Assembly (NCBI GenBank): GCA_965153355.1
Contig: OZ231126.1
Span: forward strand, 49,662,001 to 49,726,000
Reading direction: 5' to 3'
DNA: 64,000 nucleotides
Origin: Flaccisagitta enflata
Lineage: Eukaryota
The first letter of the stretch is position 1. The number at the start of each line of letters is the position of its first letter. Position numbers and translations under genes: made by a program. Positions 13,238-28,182 of the stretch are shown piece by piece. The notes beneath the pieces were generated by a model. That model had not been told where the DNA came from and searched no databases. It saw only the letters and a program-made list of their open reading frames with translations.

Positions 13238-15707
13238 TACGTCTAGTCGGTTACTGAAATTCTTTGATTTGACTGCTCAAGTGGCTTCCATTTTTTAATA
13301 CATGATATACTGAGCCTAAACTATAAGTTTCATCATCATAGCTTGTCAAAATCAATCGCCGATTTCACTTTATTTATCACCACTCCAAGGTGGTTGTTGT
13401 GAAAATGTTGAAATTATTGTACTTTGGGCTCAAAATCGGGCCACTTCGCTTTTGAAATTTAAACCAAAATCCATGAGATTATGAAACTAGCTCTCAAGAT
13501 CTAACCAGTAGTGCAATCCGCATGTCGCTATCATTTTTTGTTAAGATTTGAGAGCTCATCAAAGATAGAAGGGTATGAGGGTTATTTTTCCAGATGAATT
13601 GGATGGTCAATTTTGACATTTTTTACAATTTTTGATATATCTCCGCTTTGAATGGACTAATTTGGACAAAATTGGTGACCAAATTGAAGATTTTTTGATG
13701 CTTTAAATGAATCTGATAACATTTTTGATCGATATGACCCTCAAAAGTTTTAAAAGACTCAAGAAATAGGTGCTAAAAAGTAAATTTTTCGCCATATTGA
13801 CTACTTTGGTCACACGATATGGGCACTTCCAAGCTAGAAAAAGACAAAAAATCCATGCTCAAGTGGTTTCCAATTTTTAATACGTGATGCACTGAGCCTA
13901 CGCCTTGGATAAAAAAAAAGACGCACCTATCTATTAATTGATAAAACATAAAAAAAAAATAATTTTAGTTATTTTCAAGAGAGACATTTTGAAAGCTTTT
14001 CAAAAGATCTTTCATTCTAGACCAATCCCAGATCTGTATCTCAAACGGTTTGGGAGCTAGAGCTCTGCAAAAAGAAGTACTATTTTGCTAAAATGCACAT
14101 TTTTCATAGGGATTGCGAAACTGAAATAGGCAACGTTTTTACTCAAAGTGATGCCATTTCTGAACAAAAAAAGATAGCAATACCAGATTGGCGCCAAATG
14201 AAAGTACTTTCAAAGGGCTTCAAAATGATCTAAGATTTTCTATAGTTTTTGGAAGATTTATTGGCTAAATTAACCATTTAATAGTGCGTCTTTTTTTTTA
14301 TTCGCGTGGTAGAATATCAATTTCATCATCAAAGCTTGACAAAACCAATCGCTGAAATGATTCAAAAGCTTCAAAATGTAGTTTGAAATAAACTATTTAA
14401 ATACTTCATTCTTGTAACCATTAGACACTTTGGCCGAGTCTGTACAGATGTTAGCCCAGCATTTAGACTTTTTTTCTAGCTCTAACCATTTTTTTAAACA
14501 TTCATGGTAAGATCATGAGCTGTAGTTTGATTTGCTCATAGATTTTTTGTCTTTTCCTTGCTCGGTAGTGCCCAAATTGTGTGATCAAAGTAGCCAAAAT
14601 GGCGAGAAAATTTACTTTTTAGCACCTACTTCATATCATATCGATCAAAAATTTTACCAGATTCATTTAGAGCATCAAAAAATCTTCAATTTGGTCACCA
14701 ATTTTGTCCAAATTGGTCCATCCAAAGCGGAGATATATCAAAACTTGTAAAAAATGTCAAAAAAGACCACCAAATTCATTTTGTAAAATAACCCTCACAC
14801 CCTTCCATCTTTGAAGAACTCGCAAATCCTAACAAAAAATGATAGCTCCATACAGATTGTACCACTGATTAGTTCTTGAGCTCTTGTTTTTTAATCTCAT
14901 AGATTCTGGGTTAAATTTCTAAAGCAAAGTGGTTCGATTTTTAGCCCAAAATTACCAAAATTGCCAAAGAATGTCATTTTATTACACCCACTGATCTTTG
15001 AAGCTCTGCCAAATCTATATGCTTCAACATATTGTCATGCCAATTGCACCACTGGTTAGATCTTGAGCTGTAGTTTAGTTTGCTCATGGATCTTTTGTCT
15101 TTTTCTAGCTCGGAAGTGCTCAAATTGTGTGGCTAAAGTTGCCAAAATGGCGGAAAAAATTACTTTTTAGCACCTGCTTCTAGAGTCTTCCAAAAGTTTT
15201 GAGGGTCATATCGTTCAAAAATTTTACCAGATTCATTTAGAGCATCAAAAAATATTCAATTTGGTCACCAATTTCGTCCAAATTGGTCCATCCAAAGTGG
15301 AGATATATCAAAGATTGTAAAAAATATGAAAATTGACCATCAATTTCATCTGGTAAAATAACCCTCATTCCCTTCTATCTTCAAAAAGCTCTCAAATCTT
15401 AACAAAAAATGACAGCAACCTGCGGATTGCACCACTGGTAAGCTCTTGAGCTCTAGTTTCATAATCTCATGGATTTTGGGTCAAATTTCAAAAGCGAAGT
15501 GGTCTGATCTTATGCCCAAAGTGACCAAATTTCACCAAATTTCACCACAACCACCTTGGAATGGTCATAAATACAGGGAAATCGGCGGTTGGTTTTGTTA
15601 AGCTATGATGATGAAATTTAGAGTTTAGGCTCAGTACATCATGTATCAAAGATAGGAAGCCACTTGAGCAGTCAAACTAAAAATTTACAGTGGTTGACTA
15701 TTCGTAG
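13238..15707. mobile_element. Non-autonomous long-TIR (foldback) DNA transposon, TACG...CGTA termini
   Basis: ~600-bp inverted arms with internally repeated blocks; ACGTGCAA at 13230-13237 and 15708-15715 (8-bp TSD); homologous to 56366-59161. Confidence 0.85.
13901..14309. mobile_element. TA-flanked MITE nested in the foldback element
   Basis: Imperfect TIR ..ATAAAAAAAAAGACGCAC / GTGCGTCTTTTTTTTTAT..; TA on both sides; host element sequence resumes after it. Confidence 0.7.
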
Positions 15708-16431
15708 ACGTGCAATACCGTCAATTCCGTTCAGCATCTCTGGCTTTCTAAGCGCGCCACATCATACAGAGGATTACATAACACTCGCCTTTTATTCGCA
15801 CACGCGCCTCCATCTAAGCTACGTGGGTTGCCTTTTCGGTGCAATATGGTGTGGTGTTTTGGCGTTGACTCTTTTTTTAGTCACGCGCTACGCAAATCTA
15901 CACCCCGCTTTGTCCGTCCGTTCGTCCGTGCATCGGTCTTTTGGTTGGTTGATCAGTCACATTTTTTGGAAAAAAGTCGAAGAAACGAAGTTTTTCGGCT
16001 TTTTTTTTTTTTTTTTGGAAAAAAGTCAAAAAAACGAAGTTCTTTCAGCTTTTTGAGACCAGCAGAATTTTTTGGAATTCCCCTTTTTCTCATGAAGCGC
16101 TTGTGGAAGTTGTTGGGGCTGAATGGGACTACGCATGAAATTATAAGCTAAACAACACCAAACTTTTCTCTTTCAGATGGCGCCATTTTTCCTTATTGTT
16201 CGCATTTTTCATAAAGATCAATATTTTTCATTGATCCTAATTTCGGGCACTCTGTAACAGAAAAGGAAAAACGACAACCTGCTCTGTCCGTCGGTCCGTT
16301 GGTCCGTCCGTCGGTCATGCTTAGCTTTTTTCGGCATTTACAGGCGGTTTTAGGGTTACTGCTCCTGCCCAACTGCTTGGTTGGTCAATTTCATCACTGC
16401 CCCTGCCCACCCGCACGCGACTATGGTAGCC

Positions 16432-16475
<44 letters not shown>

Positions 16476-17315
16476 GGGGTAGCCGTTTATCCGGCCTTGT
16501 TCTATCACGCCGTATTCTTCTTTTTGTCGTGTTGTGCTATTATTTGGGCTTTCCACTTTATCACAAACTCTGATGTAAAGTTTTCCCTGAGGTGGATTGT
16601 GGTCAGGCAACTTGCCATTCGTCATCCCAGACATTTCTAGATGTGTCCGTCAGGAACGCATCTCTGTATTTATTTGCGGTATTTGTTTTCATCCTCCAAT
16701 TCTACTAAAAACAGTGACTTGAGCAATTGATCTTTTTTCTTCAAATGTAGATTGAAGCCAAACTACTTGACGCCTGTAGCTATTAGCTAATATTACGCAC
16801 AAGTTAATGCAAGAATACACTCTTTAAGGTTTTGTTTCAGAATTTGATTATATTTTTTGGTTCTAGAACTATGCATTTGAAAAAAAAAAAAACATACTGT
16901 ATAATTAACCAAGTTCATCACCAATTTCATTTTTTTCTGACACGTTTCCACACATATACGTCATCGCTTCCTCATGTTTCTCCTGCTGTTATTGACTCAA
17001 TTCCTTTACCTCTTTTTTTTCTGTTGCCAATATTTTCTTGTTGCTTTCTCGACGCTCTCGGCTGTGTTTATTTGCGGTATTTGTTTTCATCTTGAGGAAG
17101 AAGAAGAAGAAGATTCTCCTCGTCTTTCCATTCTGTTTTATTTTGCGGTTCTGCCAATTTTGTCAGCGTCTGTCAGTTTCTGCGACTGCGATTGTCGACG
17201 ATTCTGACGTTTTATGTCATGGCCTCCTTTTGTTTTGCGCGGAAAGATTGAAACGTTGAATCTATCGGCGATTTATTCAGCCGGAAAAAAAAACCGCGCA
17301 ATGATACAAAAGAAT

Positions 17316-19502
17316 AACAAGGCCAACACCTATAAGTCGCGTGCGAGACTTACAGATTGACTTAGAATGACTTAGAATGACTTAGAATAACTTGGTATAC
17401 CCTAAAATGACTTAAATGACTTAAAGAAATTGATGAAAAACAAGGCCAACACCTATAAGTCGCGTGCAGGACAAAAATAACTGAACTGACCTGACTCCTT
17501 ATTGTATCTTTTTATCGAAAATCAGACTTAAACGCAACCCAAAACAGACCCAAACCAGACTCAAACCAGACTCAAACCAGACTCAAACCAGACTCAAACC
17601 AGACTCAAACCAGACTCAAACCAGAATTAAACCAGACCGAAAACAGACCTAAATCAGACATAAACCAGACATAAACCAGATTTAAGCCAGACTCAAACCA
17701 GACTCAAACCAGACTCAATCCAGACTCAAACCAGACTCAAACCAGACTCAAACCAGACTCAATCCAGACTCAAAACCAGACTCAAACCAGACTCAAACCA
17801 GACTCAAACCAGACTCAAACCAGACTCAAACCAGACTTAAACCAGACTTAAACCAGGTTCAAACCAGGCTCAAACCAGGCTCAAACCAGACTCAAACCAG
17901 ACCAAAACCAGACCGAAACCAGACCTAAATCAGACCTAAGTCAAATATAAACCAGACAAAAACCAGACATACACCAGACCTAAACCAGACCTAACCCAGA
18001 CCTAGACCAGACATTAATCAGACATGAACCAGTCTTAAACCAGACTTAAACCAGACTTTAACCAGACTTAAACCATACTTAAACCAGACTTAAACCAGAC
18101 TTAAACCAGACTTAAACCAGACTTAAACCATACTTAAACCATACTTATCTTTAATATCATTTTAACCAGCAGACTTAAACCATTAGACCAGCAGACTTAA
18201 CCCATTAGATTTAAACCAGCAGACTTAAACCAGCAGATTTAAACCAGCAGACTTTAACCAGCAGACTTAACCCATTAGATTTAAACCAGCAGACTTAAAC
18301 CAGCAGATTTAAACCAGCAGATTTAAACCAGCAGACTTTAACCATCAGACTTTACCCAGCAGACTTTAACCAGCAGACTTTAACCAGCAGACTTAAACCA
18401 GCAGACTTTAACCAGCAGACTTTAACCAAAAATGACCAAAAATGACCAAAAATGACCAAAATGACCAAAAATGACCAAAAATGACCAAAAATGACCAAAA
18501 ATGACCAAAAATGACCAAAATGACCAAAATGACCAAAGATGACCAAAAATGACCAAAATGACCAAAATGACCAAAATGACCAAAAATGACCAAAAAGACC
18601 AAAAATTACCAAAAATTACCAAAAATGATCAAAATGATCAAAATGACCAAATGACCAAAATGACCAAAAAAAAAAAATGACCAAAAATGACCAAATGACC
18701 AAAATGACCAAAAATGACCAAAAATGACCAAAAATGACCAAAAATGACTGACAATGATCAAAATGATCAAAATGATCAAAATGACCAAAAATGACCGAAA
18801 ATGACCAAAAATGACCAAAAATGACCAAAATGACCAAAACGACCAAAACGACCAAAAATGACTAAAAATGACTAAAAATGACCAAAAATGACCAAAAATG
18901 ACCCAAAATGACCAATATGACTAAAATGACCAAAATGACCAAAAATGATCATAAATGACCAAAAATGATCATAAATGACCAAAAATGACCAAAAATGATC
19001 ACAAATGATCACAAATGGCCAAAAATGACCAAAATGACCAAAATGACCAAAATGATCATAATGACCAAAAATGACCAAGAATGACCAAAATGACCAAAAA
19101 TGACCAAAAATAATCAGAAATAATCAAAAATAATAAAAAATAATAAAAAATGACCAAAAATGACCAAAAATGACCAAAATGACCAAAATGACCAAAATGA
19201 CCAAAATGACCAAAACTGACCAAAACTGACCAAAAATAACCAAAAATGACTAAAAGCAACCAATAATTCCCAAAAACAACAAAAAAATGACTCAAAATAA
19301 CTCCAGACGACCCAAAAAGACGAAAAAAAGCAAAGTGTTACGGACCGACCGACAGACCGACCGACCGACTGACTGACCGACTGACCGACGGAGCGGGTTG
19401 TAGAGTCGCGTGCACGCGACTAAAAAGTGTTACGGACTGACAGACCGACGGACAGACCGACGGACAAAGCGGGGCATAGAGTCGCGTGCACGCGACTAAA
19501 AA
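17316..19502 (-). mobile_element. HINE-like element (17439-19425) with three tandem arrays, nested in a related HINE (17316-17438 + 19426-19502)
   Basis: Two 3' ends (AACAAGGCCAACACCTATAAGTCGCGTGC) and two 5' ends (AGTCGCGTGCACGCGACTAAAAA); the joined outer halves match the uninterrupted copy at 24059-24408. Confidence 0.85.
17545..19290. repeat. Minisatellite arrays: 11-mer CCAGACTYAAA, 14-mer CCAGCAGACTTAAA, 9-10-mer ATGACCAAA(A)
   Basis: Consecutive arrays at ~17545-18145, ~18165-18425 and ~18426-19290. Confidence 0.95.
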
Positions 19503-19761
19503 CAGAGAGAGAAAAAAAAGCGTAAAAAAAAAAGGAAGAAGATAAAGCAAACAAGTACAGTTACACGCCGCTATAACGGATCCGAGAGTAACGAAATTGC
19601 GCTTATAGCGGATATAAAACTTGGGTCCTTTCCATTCATTTACTTTGGATTTCTTTATTGGCAGTAACATTATGACAGAAATCCGCCTAAAATAGATCAA
19701 ATTTGTTGGTCCCTTGGAATCCGTTATTGTGACCTTTTTGTGGGGTTTAACGGTTTGAAAT

Positions 19762-19927
19762 AACAAGGCCGGATACACGGCCAATACCAGTCGCGGAGAG
19801 TGGGCAGGGGCGGAAATGCGTGTTTTCCCACTTTCCGACTCGATCACCACGGACCGACCAACCAACCGACCGACCAACCAACGGACGGACAAAGCCTCTT
19901 ATAGAGTCGCTAGTCCGCGACTAAAAA
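19762..19927 (-). mobile_element. HINE-like family 1 copy
   Basis: AACAAGGCCGGATACACGGCC hairpin, subTIR, (GACC)n, AGTCGCTAGTCCGCGACTAAAAA. Confidence 0.75.
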
Positions 19928-20189
19928 GCAAAATGAAAATCTCTAACAATCTCATGAAAACAGGAGCAGTAAATTAACACGAAGAACGATCATCAACGTG
20001 TTTCCCGTCGCCTTTTTATATCATTCCAAACGTCCTACTGTAACATGAAAAGCTGACGAACATGCAACATGTACATGTACATGTACATGTACATGTACAT
20101 GCTGCATGTACATGCTGTGAAGGACAAACCGCTCTGCATATCTTGTTCAATGATACATGCTGCTACACGTTACACGCTACATGTGCCTC

Positions 20190-20399
20190 TTTTTAGTCGC
20201 GTGCTACGCGACTCTACACCCCGCTATGTTTGTCCGTCGGTTGGTCGGTCGGTCTGTCCCCTTTTTTACTTTTTCGGCGTTTTTTTTGCTTTTGAGCTCA
20301 CCGCTTCTGCCCAAATGCCCAAGACCCCCAAGTGACTTTTTCTATCAATGCCCCTGCCCACCCGCACGCGACTGGGGTAGCCGTGAATCCGGCCTTGTT
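20190..20399 (+). mobile_element. HINE-like family 1 copy
   Basis: TTTTTAGTCGCGTGCTACGCGACT, (GTCG)n, GCACGCGACT, GCCGTGAATCCGGC hairpin, TTGTT. Confidence 0.8.
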
Positions 20400-20625
20400 C
20401 CTTTCCTCACCACTCGTCGTGGTTTAAGCCCCAGAAGACAAATTGTGAGAATAACGAAGATGGAATATCGACGATAACAAATTCACGGATTCATTAGTCA
20501 CGGTTTTCTTCATCACCAAGAAAGGCTTTGCCAGCCTACCAACCAGTTTCCTTTCCATTTCCTCTCGATTTGCAATGATTGTTTTCTTTATTCTCTTCGT
20601 TGGTTTGTCTGTCTCTGTCTCTCTG

Positions 20626-20671
<46 letters not shown>

Positions 20672-20676
20672 ACCTA

Positions 20677-21077
20677 CACGCTTTTCTTTTTATAAGAACT
20701 CTGTTTATAAGAACATCAGCCTCAGATCTTAAGAACATGCTGAGCCTTAGATTTGAAGATAAGAATACAAATTTTCAAAAAAGTAGTAAAATTAGATGAA
20801 AAACCTTGAATGATGTATATTTTAATAATGCTTTCTAAAATTATGATTTTATTGTTTATTAAATATTAATCTTACATTTCTTTTTATTTAATGAAAAATG
20901 TTTTCTTTTTTACAATTGCTTAAAAAAAAACTTTTATACTAATATAGATACATAATTAAAGAGATTATCTAATTAAAAAATAAGAACAAGTTAAGAACGC
21001 TTGAGCTTCAAAGGGGCTGAAAATACGAATGCTGAGGCTGACTTTAAAAACCATGTTCTTATAAAATGAAAAGCGTG
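20677..21077. mobile_element. Tc1/mariner-type MITE
   Basis: TA-CACGCTTTTCTTTTTATAAGAAC ... GTTCTTATAAAATGAAAAGCGTG-TA (23-bp TIR, 1 mismatch). Confidence 0.88.
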
Positions 21078-21610
21078 TATTGGCCGTGGATCCGGTCTTG
21101 TTCAATTTATGATTACTTGTCGCTATGAAGGAAATTCAACAATTAAGGATCACTCCAATGAACTCCAAGGGACTAATAAAACATTTCGTTTTAGACATTT
21201 TGCTTTAAAGCATAGTATAATCTATATCCATCGTCAAGAAAAAAATCTAAGATGGTACTCATAATACTTATTTCTTTACCGGCAAAATTTCGTTGCAAGC
21301 GTGAACGTTATTTGACTGTACTTGAAAAAAAAAATCCCTCTTTTCCTTTTTTCCCGCGATTCATTTTTTCATGTCAAGATTTTTGATCCATCATAAATTC
21401 TGTATCGTAACCCCTTTAAACTCCGCATGAAAGGTTTTTTGCATCAACTGCGTCAAAAGAAAACGGAAAACTTTTGATTGGAATTCGAAACAGTGTGCTC
21501 TGCCCAACAAATTTTGTGATAAATAGGGAAAAAATATTTGAAAGATTTCTGTATGGTTGTTGGACTAAAGGTGAAATGCAAGAAATATACAATAGTATCT
21601 ATTTCATTAT

Positions 21611-21719
<109 letters not shown>

Positions 21720-21720
<1 letters not shown>

Positions 21721-21934
21721 TCTAGTCGCGTGCTACGCGACTATAAGACCCGCTGTGTCGGAGCGTCGATCCGTCGGTCCGTCCGTCGGTCCGTCCGTCC
21801 GTCCGTCACACTTTACTTTTTTGGGGGTTTTGCGGTTTTTGGCCTCACTGTTCCTGCCCAAATGATCTGGTGACCTCAATTACAGCCCCTGCCCACCCGC
21901 ACGCGACTGGGGTAGCCGTGTATCCGGCCTTGTT
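21720..21934 (+). mobile_element. HINE-like family 1 copy
   Basis: Same architecture as 20190-20399; hairpin GCCGTGTATCCGGC at 21915-21928. Confidence 0.8.
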
Positions 21935-23152
21935 GAAGAAGAGTGCAACAATGCAACTTTTGTGGCGTAAAATGATGAAGAAGTCTAATTGGTTTAAAGC
22001 CTCATAAATCATCAAATCTGGGACCACCGTTTGCAATATTCATCGTCCAGGAAGAACCATTTCGAAAAATCTCATAAACGATGAATCGATTATGACTTTT
22101 TAACGATTTTCTTTTTACCATTTAACTATTCAATTGTTGTTTTGATCCATACCCAACATCCATAACCCATTTTAGAAGCGGTCTTTCTATATTTTCTCTA
22201 CACCCAAACATTGTTCCATCATGAACATCTTGAAACTTAAATTTCTCGCCTTCATGTTTTCATACAATTTTTCGTACTATCACCATTTCTACCCGAGAAC
22301 GCATCCATGTCAACCATAAATGTGATTTGGTTGAGAACATTTTCCTTCTCGTTCCTTCCTGATTCTTTTTCGTCTCTTCTTTTTTCTCTCCTAAAAATAA
22401 ACGAATGATTTCGTCCCCCAAAGAAAACAAATGGCGTCTTAATCGCTTTTTTCTTTCGTTTGGATTTTTCCCTTTTTTATGCAGCGGCCCTGCTTTGGCG
22501 CATGTCATGGCATTAGAAAAGTTTAAGACTTAAATACTAAGTGTTACAACTGTTACATTATTCTCTTTTTTTGTTTTCAGCCAATTTTTCTGTGTCCCTG
22601 TTTTGAGCGAACTGAACAATCGCGTGCGTTGGGCAGGGGCTGTAAACATCAAAAGTGGACAGACAGATAGACAGACCAGAATGACCAAAAAGTGCCTGAT
22701 GGAGTCGCGTGTATTTGACTAAATCGACCTTCTAAAAATGCGATGACAAAGTATTGGCAACGGGTACATCGGTCCATTCACAGTTGAGAATGTTTGTTTT
22801 CCTCCTTCATTATTCCGTCTCTGTCGTTTCTATGCGTCTGAATACATTTGATGGTCGTTTGTTGGGTCTTGTTTATTTATTTGCTTGTTTCCTTTTAGCT
22901 TACCAGTTTTTTTTCTCTCGTTATTTGTCAGCTGTAACAAGAATGTGGCAGCCCTCTTTGGTCATAACACTCTTAAAAAGCCTTAGTACGAATATATCAT
23001 GTATTGAAGCTTGAATGTTTTCTAAGTCAGACCAAGTGAAAGTCTGAGGCCTGTGTCTTAGCCTTTCAATTTTAAACTTGGAGCTTTGCATATCCATGCA
23101 CCAAATACCAATAAAGGCGGCTAATCGCCGTAGGAAAAAAGTCGTAAATGTC

Positions 23153-23580
<428 letters not shown>

Positions 23581-24058
23581 CTTCAATTAACTCGATTCCG
23601 CGTTTTTGGGAAAAATGCGAAAAAAGCGAAAAAATATAAAAAGATTTAAAAAATCATAGCTCCAAAATTATCGATCGCACAGAGTTCTGCTTAGCGTCAT
23701 CTGAAAGAGGAGAATTAGATCTTTCTTAGCTATTAATTTCATGCGTAGTACCAATTGGCCCCAAAAGCTTACCAACTTTCCCAAACGCTTCATGAGAAAA
23801 AGGGAAATCCAAAAAACTCTGCAGGACTCAAAAAGACCGAAGGGACTTCGTCTCTTCGACTTTTCAATTTTAAACTTGGAGCTTTTCAATTTTAAACTTG
23901 GAGCTTTGCATATCCATGCACCAAATACAAACATATTTAAGAGAGGAAACGCCTAACTGTTGAGTCTGCCTTGACTAAGGTTTCATTACAGTGAAGTGAA
24001 ACTTTCCCTCTTTAGCTTTCTCCATCACATCGGCTACTGACATCACAGATTATTACCT

Positions 24059-24408
24059 TTTTAGTCGCGCTCTACACCCCGCTTTGTCCGTCCATCTGTC
24101 AGTTGGTTGGTTGGTTGGTTGGTTGGTTGGTCGGTCAGTCGGTTGGTCGGTCGGTCGGTCAGTCGGTCGGTCGGTTGGTCTGTCGGTCGGTCGGTCGGTC
24201 GGTCGGTTGGTTGGTTGGTCGGTTGGTCGGTCGGTCGGTTGGTCCGCTGGTTGGTTGGTTAATCGGTCCGTCACACTTTTACTTTTTTTTTTATCAATTT
24301 TATTTCTTTAAGTCATTTAAAGTCATTTAAAAGTATACTGAGTCATTCTAAGTCATTCTAAGTCAATCTGTAAGTCTCGCAGGCGACTTATAGGTGTTGG
24401 CCTTGTTT
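24059..24408 (+). mobile_element. HINE-like copy with expanded (GGTY)n tract
   Basis: Uninterrupted counterpart of the outer element at 17316-19502. Confidence 0.8.
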
Positions 24409-24782
24409 TAATTTTAGTTTCTGTTTTGGTTAGTCAAAATATTCGCCTGAATGAATTACCCAATAAGAATTCCAGTACAGTACAGTAGAGTATTTTTTTC
24501 GTGACAGATTTTTCTTATTCCCAATAAGGAAAAAATTAATCTTGAAAAAAAATCTAATTTTGCTTTGACTAAGACAATATAAGCTTCACCTAAGCAACGA
24601 GTGTTCTGAGAATTTTCCTATGATTGATACTTTGGTTTGGACTTGAGTACTTTTTGGTCCCATGCGACCCTCAAATACATAATTGAGTCTGAGAAAGCAC
24701 ATCGGGTAAACCAACGGAGAAAAAGCAGCTCTAAAGTTCCTTATCACTCGGAGTGTTATCTATATTCGTTATTTCTATCGCG

Positions 24783-24921
<139 letters not shown>

Positions 24922-27834
24922 TTTTTTCATCATTTTTTTCTTTTCCATCGTCCTCTTCTTTTTCGTCTCATGCATTTCTCATGTTTTATGTGCCATTGGT
25001 CGTTACTCGTTAGTAGTTTGGTCTGTATGTATCGGAAATTTCCGCTTCATTGAGGCGCGATAAACATTATTGGTATTCGTTTCTCGCTTTTTCCCGCCTT
25101 CTTCCCCCGTCGTCTTTTTTTGCTCCCTTCATTCATGGAAGGGGAAAAACAAGAAAAATTAGTAAAAAGAATAAGAAAAGAAAAAAAGAAATGGGTGGGG
25201 AGGAAAAGAAAAGGAAATTAAATATAAAAAACTCAGTACTGCGTATTTCCATGCTGCGTCCTCGCATCACTATCAAGCAGATATCAGATATCAGGCGTTT
25301 GTGAGTTGGCTAATGACTTACGCCCAAGCAAGATATATGACAATGTGCTTTATTCACCGCAACTAACTGGTAACTAAGCTTTGTTTTTGATAAAGAATTA
25401 CTATCTGATAGAACATTCATTTTGGGCGCAACCCATATCCTTCAAAATTATAAGACCTTAAGTCAATCAAGGGGAACCTCCATAAAAACGGATACCTTAA
25501 GATGGTCAATCAACCAACATTACAAGACACGTAAAAAGATAAGACGGAAAACCACTAATGTCTTATGCAATGAAATTGTGGAAAGCCTACTTCCTGTTAG
25601 GCCAGTGAGATGAAATTTCGACCGAAATCTTCTGAAATATTTGGGCTACTTCAGTTGAAATTTGTTCACTAAAAGTATGCCTTTTTCACTCTTCCATTAT
25701 GTGGTTTTCCGCCTAATTTTTTCCACATGTGTTATCCTTGTTATCCATGTTTTACCGTTTTTGAGATTTTGGGCAATTCTCTGACTGCGAAACAAATGTC
25801 ACGGACCAACAAACGTACTGGTTGACTACCAAAGCCTCCATACGGAAAGAGAGTGTGAGTCGACATCTGAATAAAATAATTTCCTAGAGGAGCGACTGTT
25901 AGGAGGAGGAAGACTGCCTTCATAGGAAAGGAGGGGAATTTAAGATGCATGAAAAAATAAAAGGGAGGAAAATCAAATAATTTCAAGGCCGCCTAGACAT
26001 GGGTGCGTCTTGTGTGGATATGTGCGGGGTGGGGGCAAGAAGGAAGGGCGTAGGGTCTCGTTGGGTTATGAGGATCTCATGAAAAGCATAAACACAAACT
26101 CTCGATACGTTTACAATTTTGCAAATGCACTCGGATACAGAAACGCTGAGACAGAAATGGATGGATGATCAACTGATCATGAAGGAATGACCAACTCTTT
26201 AGAAGGGACGATTGACTCACTTGTGACTAGAGATCAACTTAAATGTCCCTCGGTTGGTTTTCACACCTTAGGCAGATGATTATATCACATAATATACGCC
26301 AATCTAACTACCTACCTTTCCCCTTGGTGATAAAGGGGTGACCAAGAAAGGGGCCTTAGGGAACATGGATGAGCTTGTAAGGAGATCGTGCTGGCGCCAC
26401 CATTTTTCACACTCCCTGCATGGGACCAACAAAAGCGCGGCGGCCACTCGGTTTGTTTAGGAGCACTCGAGCGTGCTGCAACGCCTGCACACCAAGACGC
26501 CAATTTCGTGGGGGCTATTCACCAGTCAGTGACTACTACAAATCAAAAGTCACAAAAGTATAGAGACACAACTAGCTCAATCTCTCTCTCTCTCTCTCTC
26601 TCTCTCAAATGAAGCTGGCGGGTCAAAGGTGCAACTGACCAACAATTTGAGGGGGAAAAACGTCCTTGCGTGGCGCGCGTCAAAAACAAAAACCCACCGC
26701 TTTCAATTTTTTTATTCCGGTTTCCCCCTCCAAATTGGATTATTATCGACAAATTTATGCCATCGAATTTCCAATTGTCATTAATTTGAGGTTTAAGCCA
26801 ATCATTTGAAAGCTTGTCACATTATTTCTTTCGTCGGAATAATGAACACATAATCAAAAATGAAATTAAGATAAAAAAAATCACCGTGTTGAAAGAAGTT
26901 AAATTTGAACCCCGCAATAACGGATGCCAAGGGAGTATGTGTGTTTTAGCAGCACCATTGGCCCAGCAGCCCCCTTGACTCTTAAAGAGCCAGAAATAGG
27001 AGATAGTCACAGCAGCCCCTTAGCAGCCCCCTATGTTTTTGTTAAGTAGGGAAAGGATCAGCAGCCCCTTAGACCTCTCAGCAGCCCCCCCCTTAAAAAC
27101 ACTGGGATATACTCAGCAGCCCCCCAGCAGCCCCTATTCTCAACATTGCAGTGAAGTCTAGCAGCCCTATCTTACAACTGTGGGGATAGGACCAGCAGCC
27201 CCCCAGCAGCCCCCTAATTCAAATACTGGGATAGACTCAGCAGCCCCCCGGCAGCCTTTATACTCCTCATTGCAGTTAAGACTAGCAGCACTATCTTACA
27301 ACTCTGGGGATAGGACCAGCAGCCCCCCAGCAGCCCCCAACTAGAAACATTGGGATAGACACAGCAGCCCCCCAGCAGCCCCCACTATCAGTATATGTGT
27401 TGATTTTAAGTCTAGCAGCCCCTTCTACAACTCTGGGGATAGGACCAGCAGCCCCCCAGCAGCTACCCACTACAAATACGGGGATAGACTCAGCAGCCCC
27501 CCAGCAGCCCCTAGACTCAACATTGCAGTGAAGTCTAGCAGCCCTATCTTACAACTGTGGGGATAGGACCAGCAGCCCCCCAGCAGCCCCCCACTACAAA
27601 TACGGGGATAGACTCAGCAGCCCCCCAGCAGCCCCTAGACTCAACATTGCAGTGAAGTCTAGCAGCCCTATCTTACAACTGTGGGGATAGGACCAGCAGC
27701 CCCCCAGCAGCCCCCCAATTCAAATACTGGGATAGACTCAGCAGCCCCCCGGCAGCCTTTATACTCCTCATTGCAGTTAAGACTAGCAGCACTATCTTAC
27801 AACTCTGGGGATAGGACCAGCAGCCCCCCAGCAG

Positions 27835-28182
27835 TACGTCCCGTGAAGCGCCCCAAACTTTGACTATGGCTCTCACCAATCTTACCACAGTTGAGGCTTG
27901 GTAAAAAAACATTCCATGCAAAATTTTGGGCCTCTGAGATAGCAGGAACCTTCGTCAGGGTGAGGTTGAAGTTTGTATTGAATTAACATTGGAATCAATA
28001 TTTCTTTTATGCAAATTTTGTCTCTGCCATAGGTTTCTATGGAAACTTCATGGTCACCCTGACAAAGGTTCCTGCTGTTCCAGAGGCCTGAAATTTTGCA
28101 TGGGATGTTTTTTTACCAAACCTCAACCATGGTAAGATTGGTGAGAGTCAGCGTCGAAGTTTGGGGCGGTTCATGGGACGTA
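27835..28182. mobile_element. 348-bp palindromic MITE, TACGT...ACGTA termini, 8-bp TSD
   Basis: CCCAGCAG at 27827-27834 and 28183-28190; ~130-bp imperfect TIRs. Confidence 0.93.

Noticed and set aside
16560-17260. Unique-looking stretch with a duplicated TTTATTTGCGGTATTTGTTTTCATC
   Set aside because: Minus-strand frames hit stops quickly and the plus-strand ORFs are featureless; no gene model can be supported.
18352-19295. GHFGHF/WSFLVI repeat ORFs and a telomere-like appearance
   Set aside because: Internal HINE minisatellite with variable 9-10-bp units; neither a telomere motif nor a stable frame.
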